64,000 nucleotides of DNA from Eledone cirrhosa (GCA_964016885.1 OZ024754.1:43152001-43216000); one strand, 5' to 3'; positions 44,165-58,313 are shown, counted from the first letter of the stretch. The notes: generated from the sequence alone by a model not told the origin. Translations and numbers: made by a program.

Positions 44165-44300
44165 CGTGTGTAAAAGGTAAACAGAAATAACAACACAAAC
44201 TGTATAGTATATGGAAGGAGTATATTAGTTTAACGTTTGAAATACCAGAAAGAGGCTTCTTAACGTTTTGGACACTAGTCCTTTATCAGAAGAAAGAATG
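44165..44300 (-). mobile_element. PLE-pLTR family B with a mutated minimal hammerhead (44257-44294)
   Basis: Minus strand TTCTT-CTGATAA-AGGAC(TAGT)GTCC-AAAACGT-T-AAGAA; downstream matches 1128-1200. Confidence 0.7.
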
Positions 44301-44368
44301 AGAAATTAAAAAGATTGAAAGGAGGCCAGGGCGGAATCGGAATATATATATATATATATATATACATA

Positions 44369-44452
<84 letters not shown>

Positions 44453-44998
44453 CGTGTATGTGTGTGTATGTGTGTGTGCGTGTGTGTGCGTGTGTGTATA
44501 TACGAGTTTATGTCTGTCTATGTGTGTATATGTTGTATCCAAGCTCTATTCCCGGAATATCAATTTAATGGGACCAGAGAGGAAGCCTCTGTGTTACCAC
44601 TAGAGCTGATGAAATAGCAGTCAAATGCCCCTCCGATCACCACCGACTGACGTATTTGACAAATATCCAGGACATAGAGTCTACTCTTGCAAGATTTCAA
44701 ACCAAGCCCCCAGTTTGGTGACCCCCCCCCCCCCCACACACACATATACACAGATTCTGAACTCCCTCAAAGATTTGTGGACATAGTATTGTCCTCTTCT
44801 CTGTAAAGTATATCGAAAAAAAATAATAACTCGATGGACGCAGTAGGTGAGAACTCCATTGATCACAGGACGCAGCAGGTGAGAACTCCATTGATCACAA
44901 GTCCCTTGATCGGGATTGATCTGGGCTTAATAACAACAACAACCATAACATGAATACCAACAATAAAAACAGTTCTAAGCCCTATCTATCTATCTTTC

Positions 44999-45082
<84 letters not shown>

Positions 45083-45201
45083 AATATATATGTATATGTA
45101 TGAATGACCAGGATTTTTTCATTCTGAGGATTGAAAGCAAAATCTTTTGCTTTTAAGAAACCGCTGGTAAATGGAATAATTGCCTTATGTCGTTTATTAC
45201 A

Positions 45202-45241
<40 letters not shown>

Positions 45242-45544
45242 GAGAGAGAGATACATACACGCACCTATTCATAGAAGCAAACACACACATATATATATAC
45301 ATATATATACATACAAATAAATAAATAAATAAATAAATAAATAAATATATATATATATAAATATATATATATATAAATATATAAATATATATATATATAT
45401 ATAAATATATAAATATATATATATATATATATAAATTTTGAGTATGTGCTGGTTGTTTACCGACAACTCAGTTGGACCACTCGACGAAGTACGCAGCCGA
45501 CTGTAACATATTTGACTTACACACACATATATATATATATATAT

Positions 45545-45733
45545 AATATAGATGAGATTCTACAGGACTAGAACTGTTTCATTCTTTAGAAATCATCAGG
45601 AATCTCTGATGATTTCTAAAGAATGAAACAGTTCTAGTCCTGTAGAATCTCATCTATATTAAAAACTTTTATACTCTGCTATGTACTGAGTACCTTACTT
45701 ACTGTGGTTACCTCCGATTCAACCCGGAATAAC
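45545..45733. mobile_element. Hammerhead family A element: inverted pair of ribozyme cores plus tail, in (TA)n
   Basis: 45545-45599 is the reverse complement of 45606-45660; tail gagtaccttacttactgtggttacc matches 5450-5502, 34975-35030 and 53781-53825. Confidence 0.85.
45555..45605 (-). ncRNA. Type-I hammerhead ribozyme (family A), intact core
   Basis: Minus strand AGATTC-CTGATGA-T-TTC(TAAA)GAA-T-GAAA-CAG(TTCTAGTC)CTGT-A-GAATCT; perfect 6-bp stem I; GUA site. Confidence 0.85.
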
Positions 45734-45772
<39 letters not shown>

Positions 45773-45784
45773 TTTATATATATA

Positions 45785-45966
<182 letters not shown>

Positions 45967-46047
45967 TATATACATATATATACATATATATACATATATA
46001 TACATATATATATATATATATACATATATACATATATATACATATAT

Positions 46048-46106
<59 letters not shown>

Positions 46107-46494
46107 TACTTATATATACAATATATATATATACATGTATATAATCTAATACGTTTTAATCAAGCTTAAGTCTACTCAGCTTGACCGGGTTTTTACACGT
46201 ATTAGATATCTCCACTCCACTTTCTCTAGAGTATAGAGCAGCTAGTTGAATACTAAATAGTCTTAATAGTCTTTTAATTAGTAAGATATTGTCCACTGAA
46301 ATATATACGCCACGAAGGTGAACATACATTGCACACTGGCTGGTGACGTTGGAGGTAAGACGGTTGATGGAACAGGTAAAATATATATATCTTCTTTTTA
46401 TTTTAAATAGTTAGAAAGAAAAGAGAAGAAACCAATTTAAATATAGAGGGGCGGCTGGTAGAAGATATATGTAAAACAGTGGATCAGGATCGAC

Positions 46495-46673
46495 AACTGT
46501 AACAACAGTCGCCATAACACCAACAGTAACTACAACAACAGTTACCATAACAACAACAACAGTTACCATAACAACAACAACAACACCAACTACAACAATC
46601 ACCATAACACCACCACCAACAACAACAAGAGTCACCATAATACCGTCACTATAACACCACCACCACCACCACC

Positions 46674-46705
<32 letters not shown>

Positions 46706-46960
46706 CAACAGTCACCATAATACCGTCACTATAACACCACCACCACCACCACCACCACCAACAACAACAGTCACCATAATACCGTCACTATAACACCACC
46801 ACCACCACCACCAACAACAACAACAACTACAACAACAACAGTCACCATAATACCGTCACTATAACACCACTACCACCACCACGACCACCACCACCACCAC
46901 CACGACCACCACCACCACCACCACCAACAACAGTCACCATAATACCGTCACTATAACACC

Positions 46961-46992
<32 letters not shown>

Positions 46993-47020
46993 CAACAACA
47001 ACAGTCACCAACAACAACAA
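46495..47020. repeat. (ACC)n/(AAC)n tract punctuated by a constant acagtcaccataataccgtcactataac block (~5 copies)
   Basis: Direct reading. Confidence 0.9.
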
Positions 47021-47279
47021 CTACAAGATGACATGTCTATCAAAGGACATGTCTAGACGTGTAAGTAAATGAAATTATGTTCTTTATCTTTATAACAACA
47101 ACAACAAAAGAAATTACCACATCTACTACAACAACAACAACAACACCAACAGGGAACACTACATCTACAACAGCAACAGCAACAACTGCATCGCTCTACA
47201 TCTTCAACAATAGCAGCAACAACAACAACAACAACAACAACAACAGGAATGACTCATCTACAACCACAACGGTATGGTA

Positions 47280-48250
47280 CAACATCTACAACAACAACAA
47301 CAACAACAGGACTTACTACATCTACAACAACAACAACAGCAACAACAGGACTTACTACATCTACAACAACAACAACAACAACAACAGGACTTACTACATC
47401 TAAAATAACAACAGGACTTACTACATCTACAACAACAACAACAACAGGACTTACTACATCTACAACAACAACAACAACAACAACAACAGGACTTACTACA
47501 TCTACAACAACAACAACAACAGGACTTACTACATCTACAACAACAACAACAGGACTTACTACATCTACAACAACAACAGGACTTACTACATCTACAACAA
47601 CAACAACATGACTTACTACATCTACAACAACAACAACAACAACAACAACAGGACTTACTACATCTACAACAACAACAACAACAACAACAACAGGACTTAC
47701 TACATCTACAACAACAACAACAACAGGACTTACTACATCTACAACAACAACAACAGGACTTACTACATCTACAACAACAACAACAACAACAACAACAGGA
47801 CTTACTACATCTACAACAACAACAACAACAACAACAACAGGACTTACTACATCTACAACAACAACAACAACAGGACTTACTACATCTACAACAACAACAA
47901 CAGGACTTACTACATCTACAACAACAACAGGACTTACTACATCTACAACAACAACAACAGGACTTACTACATCTACAACAACAACAACAACAACAACAAC
48001 AGGACTTACTACATCTACAACAACAACAACAACAACAACAACAGGACTTACTACATCTACAACAACAACAACAACAGGACTTACTACATCTACAACAACA
48101 ACAACATGACTTACTACATCTACAACAACAGGACTTACTACATCTACAACAACAACAACAGGACTTACTACATCTACAACAACAACAACATGACTTACTA
48201 CATCTACAACAACAACAACAACAGGACTTACTACATCTACAACAATAAAC
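47280..48250. repeat. Compound minisatellite: constant aggacttactacatct plus variable-length (ACA)n, ~30 units
   Basis: Direct reading. Confidence 0.95.
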
Positions 48251-48464
48251 AATAACAAAAAAACAGCAGCAATAAAAAAAAATAAAACAACTACCACGAA
48301 AACTACAGCAAAAAAACAACAACAACAACCCATACTATGACATCTACAACAACTACCACGAAAGAAAGGATCGATCGACTTTCGTTAAATCGAACCGAGG
48401 AAACGATGTTTCCATTGGAATTTCCAATTGCTAATACTATCTATCGGTGGCAACTCCAGGTAGA

Positions 48465-48582
48465 AGGAGCAACGTGAAATAAAGTGTCTTGATCAAGGAC
48501 ATAACGCATCACCCGGTCCAGGAATCGAACTCACAACCTCACGATTGCGAATCCAATTGTCTAACCACTCAGCCACACGCAC
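48465..48582 (-). mobile_element. SINE family B, 5' part
   Basis: ggagcaacgtgaaataaagtgtcttgatcaagga...ggaatcgaac...aaccactcagccacacgc. Confidence 0.8.
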
Positions 48583-48869
48583 TACAACAACAACAACAGC
48601 AACAACAACAACAACCGTCTCAACAACACTGAAGTTGGTCTATGACAACAACCCAGACTATTACATCTACAACAATTAACATCGTTAGTATTAAAATCAC
48701 TGCCACTAACACACTCTCAGATGAAACAACAACAACAATACTAGCAACAATAATAACATTGACAACATAATTCACAAAATCAAACATAACAATAACAATA
48801 AAAATATCGATTAGTCTTTCACCATGACATAAAGTTTTAATCAATATGAGGTGTATTAATTGTATCTTT

Positions 48870-49072
48870 CTCTGGCAGATACACAACCAAAATCTCTACC
48901 TGCGGGTTTGGTTGAAGGACCAGGGGTGACACCTACCCCTGGCAGATACACAGCTAAAATCTCTACCTGCGGGCTTGAAACGAAGCACCAGGGGTGAGAC
49001 CTACCCCTGGCAGATACACAGCTAAAATCTCTACCTGCGGGCTTAAAACGAAGGACCAGGAGTGACACCTAC
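48870..49072. repeat. ~66-69-bp tandem repeat (x3)
   Basis: ctggcagatacac at 48872, 48938 and 49007. Confidence 0.9.
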
Positions 49073-49333
49073 ATAGTAAATGCTGAGATATATTTGCTTT
49101 GATTGCCTACGAATTCTGCTGTTTTGAACATCGGTTACAAAATAGTCCATTGATTTGCTACGTGAAAATAACAACCTAATCTCTCTCAAAACACAGTATT
49201 GCTAACACACTGGATTATGTTCTGCGGACTGACCTAAGCCTAAACAAAATGGAGAGATCTTTTATTGTTGGGAACATGAGACTGTATAGTGATGACAGGT
49301 AATGATTTCTAACAACTGACACCAGGACACCAA

Positions 49334-49600
49334 TACACGGTCTCTGCCTCCAACTTAGTCGCTTCGGCCACAAACTCCGGCATCGCAGCCCGACTCGCAG
49401 AAGAACGTAAAATAAACAAATACCGGGTTTTGTCTGGCCGCTTCCTCTTAGCACGGGTCGCCATCAAGACCTCTGGCGTACTTGGATTCCCTACTGCCGA
49501 GCTCCTCTGCAAAATCGGAGCGTCTGCGGCCCGTCTGAGGAGGGAGCCCCACGAGATTGGGTGGCTGTTGCAGCGGGTGTCACTGGTCATTGTTCGTTCT
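49334..49600 (+). mobile_element. CRE-like non-LTR retrotransposon RLE C-terminal fragment
   Basis: TVSASNLVASATNSGIAARLAEERKINKYRVLSGRFLLARVAIKTSGVLG...LLCKIG...EIGWLLQRVSLVIVR fits G.AA..AE..K..KY..L...A.ET.G..G...L.QR.S..I.R. Confidence 0.7.
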
Positions 49601-50029
49601 TTCTTTCTCTCTTTATTTTCTCTATATTTCCCTATTCTTTCTTTCCTTTTGTTTCCCCCTTTTTTTTATTTAGCATTCTAGAAACAGCCATTAAACCAAT
49701 AGGAGAAATTCCAATAGTTACATCACTCAATATTCTGGTTTCAGTGCGAACATCGAAGCGGATCTTACAACGGTAAACTTCTTATATGCTTGGCTGAAAC
49801 TAAACACTAGAAGGTATGACCTCTTCAACAGATAAAACCTCTCTCCATTCTACATATACACCCATTTCAAATACCCAGAGAGTGTCATCAGTCATACACA
49901 AATACATGAGGTCTGCAATGTAATGCAGTCCGTAACTAAAATGTAGCAAATACAAATTAGAAATGACGTTCTTACCAACTCAATTTATAAGCCCGTTCCC
50001 ATCTAAAAATAAAAAAAAAATAAATAAAT

Positions 50030-50555
50030 AAACGATACATGGTATAACCCCAACCCCACTCCGCCGTAGAACATGGGTTTGAAAACAAACCCTACAAAAC
50101 ATTGCCTCTCCTCCATCAGAACATATTTCCAGAATGGCCATCAACCAAAACATGATTGTAGCTACAGTTGTACGAAGGGAAAATATCGAAAGAAAAGCAT
50201 CGTAATATGTACAGATAATCCTAGCAGCAACCATACTCCAACAAGCTACATTGAGCTTACAAAATAAATCCTTCACGAGTCACTTCTAGAAGTACAACTC
50301 GTTCTATGATCAATACTACAGCATAGTCAAAGGACATTTGGAAATTGAAAGATGAAGGAAACACCCCCAGTATTTCATAGACAATGTCAAATAAGATACA
50401 TGCATTTCAAAACGGATTAATATAACGTGACTATTGCCTCTCTGAGAAGCTGTACGTCATTCTACAACCTATTTTAATCTTATATAAAAAAGAACGATCA
50501 AATTTCAAGTTGCCGGCATGAGAAGAAATTCCTCCTTGAGAATTTCAAAAAACCC
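50030..50555 (+). pseudogene. Decayed Penelope-like element ORF (linker plus C-terminal endonuclease region)
   Basis: WYNP...LKTN..KHCLSSIRTYFQNGH...SYSCT, then SKDIWKLKDEGNTPSIS...DYCLSEKL...ISSCRHEKKFLL; matches the recalled PLE pattern WFNPP..TN..FL.L...HFP..H...SYSC / IW.LK..C.LCL.EK...CRH..KF. Confidence 0.75.
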
Positions 50556-50784
50556 ACGTTCCGATATGACACATGACAACAGAAAATCTACAGCACTATC
50601 ACTGTGTAGTGTTAACTTTCAAAACATTGTGTGTGCGCAGCCGGCCCAAGGAGGGACCAAATGAAATTGGTGTTCGGATGTTTGTAATCAGCGTTTTGTC
50701 CCACACAACCAAACAGGTGTGCGTGGCTTGAGACATCATATAGCTCCCTGACTTACATAATCTCTCTCACTCTCTCTCTCATAG

Positions 50785-50953
50785 GTTGTGGTAAAAAACC
50801 AGGTGGACCATAAACCCACCAGATTACTCGATACTTGGAGTAGTAGAGTGGGTAATATGAAAAGAGTTAGGAACCCGACGGCTGAGCTCCGGCCGTTTCG
50901 GGTCTAGCTGTCGAAACGGCCGGAGCTCAATCGTCGGGGTCCTGAATTTTTTC

Positions 50954-50960
<7 letters not shown>
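50785..50960. mobile_element. Family D pLTR-like element with an internal inversion
   Basis: cgacggctgagctccggccgtttcg / cgaaacggccggagctcaatcgtcg. Confidence 0.7.
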
Positions 50961-51051
<91 letters not shown>

Positions 51052-51073
51052 TATATATAAATATATATTTATT

Positions 51074-51212
<139 letters not shown>

Positions 51213-51239
51213 TTATATATACATACATATATGTGTGTG

Positions 51240-51294
<55 letters not shown>

Positions 51295-51429
51295 CGAGAA
51301 AGAGAGAGAGGGAGATACACATACGCACACGAGATGTTATGTGGTGTTGGTGGGTGAGTAGGAGGCCCAGGGCAGGGTGAAGGGTGAGGTAGTTGAGGGA
51401 GAGGGTGGTATTTGACATATCGTTTATAA

Positions 51430-51650
51430 AAGTTCATAGTTTCGGCATAATGAGTTTGGGACAGGCGGAGAGTTTGGTCTGGAGACAGGTTTTTGTGGGG
51501 GAGGAGGGTGGAATGAATGTAGACTGATGAATGCCGTGTGTGGTATAAGGGTGGCTGGTTGTGCGTAGAGGGTTCGGATGCGTGTGGTTTTGTTTTCTTA
51601 CAGTTCTCCAACCCCATCCCATTCAACAATGGGTCCAGGTAGATAGACTT
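51430..51650 (-). pseudogene. Possible decayed PLE reverse-transcriptase thumb fragment
   Basis: Frameshifted SIYLD...TLY...LHSFHP..KNLSPDQTLRL resembles FLD...T.LY.KPT...S.HP...K.SIPYSQ.LR. Confidence 0.35.
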
Positions 51651-51717
51651 TGTCACGACGGGTTAGGGGCAGCTAGTTTCAATGGCGACATGGCTGCCAA
51701 TTGTCGTCGACATCAAA

Positions 51718-51761
<44 letters not shown>

Positions 51762-52065
51762 CATATATATACTCACACACATATATATTTATACACACAC
51801 ACACACATATATATACACACACACACACACATATATAGGCACACACATATGTATATACACACACACATATATATATATACACACACACACATATATATAT
51901 GCACACACATATGTATACACACACACATACACAGACACATATATATATATATATATATATACATGTAAACGACAGGCAAAGAGCTGCGACTTTTAATCTT
52001 GTTGCTGACACCACAACTGCCACCAATACCATCACCACCACCACCACCCCAACACCACAACCACC

Positions 52066-52100
<35 letters not shown>

Positions 52101-52210
52101 ATTGGGGGCTGGATCAAGGGCAATTCCAGTGTAACAGGCCACTGACTCGACCCTAGTCTCTCGCGACTATGTATTCTGAACGGATATACATACGTGTGTG
52201 TGCGTGTACA

Positions 52211-52294
<84 letters not shown>

Positions 52295-52963
52295 AACAAA
52301 GAAAGACACATACATACATGTATATAAACATATATACGCACGTACGTACAGACACATATATACGTATATATATATATAAGCATATATAGATAAACACACA
52401 CACACACACACACAAATACGTATATATATACAAGCAAATATATACATATATACACATACATACACAGCTAAACACACACACACAGATACGTTTATATACA
52501 TATATACCTACATATACAAGCAAATATATACATATATACCTACATATACAAGCAAATATATACATATATATACATATATACCCATATATACGAGCAAATA
52601 TATATATATATATACACCCATATATACACAGGCAAAATTTATCTTAGTGTTTTAATGATACACTAGTTATGGCTGTTATGTGGTATGATTGCTAAGAATC
52701 TACAAAATGCAAAAAAAAAAAAACGAAAAGGAAAAAAAAAAAATAATAATAATAATGTCTTTATAAAAAAAAAGATAAAAGGTAGAATATGAAAGAAAAA
52801 GACTTAGAAAATAAAAATAAAATGAAATTAATGTAAAACCAAGCAAAGCGATTATGAAGCCAGCACCATTACAGGGCAGTTTCTTATTCACGTACCGGAA
52901 GACATAATGTTTAACAATTAAAACAAGACGTGGTCGCCATCTTCGCTATACCGTGTGTATGTA

Positions 52964-53011
<48 letters not shown>

Positions 53012-53081
53012 AGTATGTATGTATATATAATTGAGACCAGACCTTGTATATTGTGTCGTTACACCACGGTTACATACACAT

Positions 53082-53196
<115 letters not shown>

Positions 53197-53202
53197 TGTA
53201 TG

Positions 53203-53245
<43 letters not shown>

Positions 53246-53688
53246 GTCTGTATACATGTGTATGTGAACGATGTAAGTATGTAGTCGCATGCAAGTATAC
53301 ATATGCGTTATATTTGTGTGTGTATATATATATATAATATATATATATATATACAATATATATATATGTATGTATGTATATATATATATACGGAGAGAAG
53401 TGGAAAGAAAGTGGGAGAGAGAGAAAGAGTTAAATATATACAGAGGTTCATTAAAATGCTAAACTTTGAATTTTCTGCCCTCGACTACTTCGGGCCATAA
53501 AGTCTACACTTCTCTCCTTCCATAGATTATTACTTCATCATTCAGGTAATGGTTTAATTTTTCCAATATATCATTAAACATCCCTCTTTTATAGCTGAGC
53601 TTAGCTTCGCCTTTCATCCTTACAGAGTCGATAAAATAAAGTATTGGATTTTACCCTTCCACGAAAGAAATTGTTCGCTTAAATAAAA

Positions 53689-53743
<55 letters not shown>

Positions 53744-53826
53744 CATACACACACATGTGGGTGTGTGTGTGTGTGTGTGTATCCTACGTTCAATCGGGTG
53801 TAACCACAATAAGTAAGGTACTCAAG

Positions 53827-53878
53827 GGATTTCCTGACGATTTCTTTCGAATGAAACAGTACTATTCATGTAGAAGCC
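53827..53878 (+). ncRNA. Type-I hammerhead ribozyme (family A), intact core, imperfect stems
   Basis: GATTTC-CTGACGA-T-TTC(TTTC)GAA-T-GAAA-CA...TGT-A-GAAGCC. Confidence 0.7.
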
Positions 53879-53950
53879 ATTTCTATATAGAATATATATA
53901 TGTATATAAATTAATAAAAATAATGAATAAAAACAAAAACAAAAACAAAA

Positions 53951-53992
<42 letters not shown>

Positions 53993-54013
53993 TTAGTGGT
54001 AGCTATGATGTTT

Positions 54014-54089
<76 letters not shown>

Positions 54090-54128
54090 TTAATGGTAGC
54101 TATGATGCTTCCATATATATATATATAC

Positions 54129-54166
<38 letters not shown>

Positions 54167-54174
54167 ATTTGCAA

Positions 54175-54270
54175 GTGTCCGACGAACCTGCAGTTCTAGA
54201 ATCCTAGAATCAGACAGATCCATACAATGATCGTGTCTCGAGCTGTCTGCCGGCGAAACATTTGTAACAC
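54175..54270 (+). ncRNA. Hammerhead-like motif with a U4C core and long stem II
   Basis: GTGT-CCGACGA-ACCTGCAG...(~55 nt)...CTGCCGGC-GAAA-CA(TT)TGT-A-ACAC. Confidence 0.55.
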
Positions 54271-54824
54271 ACAATAAATTGAGTCCAGATGCATCACTGA
54301 TTTTTCGTTTTATATTATATATATATATATATACATACATATACATTAGTGCGTTCACTCAGACATAATACTTAATAAGTGATCTGTCCATCCCAATCTA
54401 TATGATGTGTGTGACATTGGTAATACTTGGCTAAAGTGTTTGTTATTAAAGCCGACTACGTTTAAACCGCTCTGTTTTCCGACGAAATCAAAATGGCGAC
54501 TCTATATCTGCTGCTACTACATTTATGAATACAAACTGTTAAGTGTCGGCTATAAGACCACCCGCACAATATTTACATTTCTACATGGCTACCCTGATCT
54601 TTTTAATTCACTTTCCACCACCCAGTTATTTTTTTATTTCTATCTGACTCTCTAGCATTTCACACTCTCAACTACCAACCCCCCTCTCTCTCTCTGTTTC
54701 TCTCTCTTTCTCTCTTCCTTTCTCACACTCTCTCTCTCTCGTTACCCTTATCCTCATCGTTATGCTTCTATTTCTCTATAATCCTAATTTAACTACACAC
54801 ACCACACACCACACACACACGCGC

Positions 54825-54875
<51 letters not shown>

Positions 54876-54990
54876 CACACACATAACATTAAATAGAATT
54901 ACACATATAAATTGGCATACGGTATATAAACATTAATAACAACAACAATAGTAATAATAATAGAACGCGCATATATATATATATACATAC

Positions 54991-55071
<81 letters not shown>

Positions 55072-55289
55072 CATATCCCCGTCCAAACCCATGCAAGCGT
55101 GGAACACGGACGTTAAACGTTGATGATGATGATGATGATATATATATGTGTGTGTGTGTGTATGTGTGTGTGTCAAGGTCGGTACCCCAACATGGCCTCA
55201 GTCGGATGGCTGGAACAGGTAAAAAAGTATAAATATATATTTAAAAAAAAAATAAGACTCCAGTTGCATTTTCGATTTCATCTCCTTTT

Positions 55290-55354
<65 letters not shown>

Positions 55355-55696
55355 TAGATATATATAGATATATATATATACAAAGTATCAACACAAAATG
55401 AAGGCAGAAAAAAACAGTTATATAAGACGAACAAACAACTGCATCACTATCTCATCAGCCACCAAGCTGGTATGCCATAAATGTGGTATTGCACGTGTGA
55501 TTAAGTTTGTGACAAAGATTGAAGAAGTTTCTTGGTACGTTGCAAGTGACACGAGAGTGAATTAACAACTTACAGGTGTCTTTCGACACAAACTGAGATA
55601 ATTCTATAAGTATTTTACAATTATAAATAGAATACACAATGTTGTCAATTGTCGTGTGTTTTCTGTCAGCTACCACTGAAACAAAAGGGGGGAGTT

Positions 55697-55749
<53 letters not shown>

Positions 55750-55753
<4 letters not shown>

Positions 55754-56229
55754 AACGAGTAGGACCCCGACGGCTGAGTTCAAGCCGTTTCGACGGCTAA
55801 TTCTGGACTATTTTAGTCCAGAATTAGCCGTCGAAACGGCTTGAGCTCAACCGCCGGGGTCCTACTCGTTCCTATTACCCACTCTACTACCCTAAGTATT
55901 GAGTACTTTGGTGCGTTATGGTCCATCTGGTTCCTTACCACATTTCCTTCGTTATATATATATATATATATATATATATTTAAAAGAATAGAGGTGTAAC
56001 ACAGATTAGAGCAAACATCACGGGCGCTCTATCTCAAAATTATTTTTGAAAAGCTTTAGAAATGCGCAACCGGTAAAACTCAACACCAAAACTGAATACT
56101 AACCAATACTTATTACTAATTTTTACTTATTCCTAATTAAACTATTTTTCACTGGGAACAATTTGTCAGCATTTTCTTTTCCTTTTGCCAATATATCATA
56201 ACTCGTGTGTTACACCTCTATTCTTTTAA

Positions 56230-56264
<35 letters not shown>

Positions 56265-56492
56265 TAACGAAGGAAATGTGGTAAGGAACCAGGTGGACCA
56301 TAACGCACCAAAGTATTCAATACTTAGGGTAGTAGAGTGGGTAATAGGAACGAGTAGGACCCCGACGGCAGAGCTCGAGCCGTTTCGACGGCTAATTCTG
56401 GATTAAATTCTGGACTAATTCTGGACTATTTTAGTCCAGAATTAGCCGTCGAAACGGCTTGAACTCAGCCGTCGGGGTCCTACACGTTCCTA
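55750..56492. repeat. ~740-bp nested palindrome built from pLTR-like elements
   Basis: 55750-56002 is the near reverse complement of 56207-56492; each arm has its own ~60-bp hairpin. Confidence 0.9.
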
Positions 56493-56593
<101 letters not shown>

Positions 56594-56649
56594 CGTTTCT
56601 GAATTTGTTTAGCAAGATTCTTTATCTGAAATCGTGTGTTGAAACCGAA

Positions 56650-56879
56650 ATTGTTATACTTTGGTAGGGTCATGTTGCCAATAAGAAACACACGCACCAG
56701 TTGCTTTCACTTCAATTTATTATAATAAATTTATAATTTATTTATAAATTTATAAATTTCTGGTTGGTTGGTTGGTTTTTCTTGTTAAAGTGCTTATCAC
56801 ATTATTATAATAAATTGAAGTGAAAGCAACTGGTGCGTGTGTTTCTTATTGGCAACATGACCCTCCCAAAGTATAACAA

Positions 56880-56880
<1 letters not shown>
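56650..56880. repeat. Inverted repeat, ~78-bp near-perfect arms, between (TA)n tracts
   Basis: attgttatactttgg...ttcaatttattataata / tattataataaattgaa...ccaaagtataacaat. Confidence 0.9.
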
Positions 56881-56968
<88 letters not shown>

Positions 56969-57246
56969 TCACCCAAAGAATATGTGAACTTTGAGTTAGA
57001 GAATGCAGTGCCAACCTATCGTTGCTTGGTATGGTGTGAGTGAGCTAATGATTCATAATACCTTTACTCACCAGAGTTTTACTAATACACTGTGTAAAAT
57101 AAACGTGGTAACCTCATACAGGCAGAATACAAACACACACTCACATACTATAATACACTAACTAGAAAATGTGAGTCACAATGTAACACATACACACACA
57201 CCCAAAAATATGTGTATGTAGAATATTTATATATATATATGTATAT

Positions 57247-57336
<90 letters not shown>

Positions 57337-57379
57337 ATATACATATTTATATATATAGAAATATATATATACATATACA

Positions 57380-57461
<82 letters not shown>

Positions 57462-57558
57462 AATATATATACATATATACACATGTATATATGTATATAT
57501 ATATATATATAGAAATATACATATATACATATATATAGAGACATCCATACATATATAT

Positions 57559-57633
<75 letters not shown>

Positions 57634-57705
57634 CACATATATTATCTTATATATTTACACATATACATATGTCCATATGCATATATATATATGCATATAT
57701 ATATA

Positions 57706-57785
<80 letters not shown>

Positions 57786-58042
57786 ATATATATATGTGTG
57801 TGTATGTGTATATGTATTTACGTCTAAGTATGATGGTAAGGCGTGTTCATTTTTCTAACAACTCTATTGAGATTGTAAATAATAAAAATAATATCAGAAT
57901 ATTTCTAGTTGTTTGTCTGAGTTCCACTAAGAATGTTTTCTCTCTAATTCTCAAGAGGGAACCATAATTGGTCATTAATTTCACCAGAGATAAAATGGAT
58001 GAAGAGGAAGAAAGGAATCCCACAGAATTATCTATTATCCGC

Positions 58043-58109
<67 letters not shown>

Positions 58110-58246
58110 TATATGGATGTATATATATATATCTATCTATCTATCTATCTATCTCTCTCTCCATCTCTCTCTATATATAGAGAGAGAGAAAGAGAGAGAG
58201 AGATAAATAGATAGATAGATAGATAAATAGAAGGATACAGAGAAGT

Positions 58247-58313
<67 letters not shown>

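Noticed and set aside
43330-44198. Long 24-aa repeat ORFs here and at 61867-62582; also the 14-aa repeat ORF at 62742-63971
   Set aside because: Stop-free frames arise because unit lengths (72, 42) are multiples of 3; these are non-coding tandem arrays
44600-44640. CTGATGAAATAGCAG as a hammerhead
   Set aside because: Variant of a repeat motif also at ~61820 (ctgctagaaataacagcc); no ribozyme stems
45115-45160. CTGAGGA-TT-GAAAGCAAAA..TTTTGCT-T
   Set aside because: Good stem III but no stem II and poor stem I; may be chance
47280-48250. CRISPR-like repeat-spacer appearance
   Set aside because: Spacers are only (ACA)n of variable length; eukaryotic context; no cas genes
49845-49897. Minus-strand CTGATGA...GAAATG..TAT-A
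   Set aside because: Stem I does not pair and stem II is out of register
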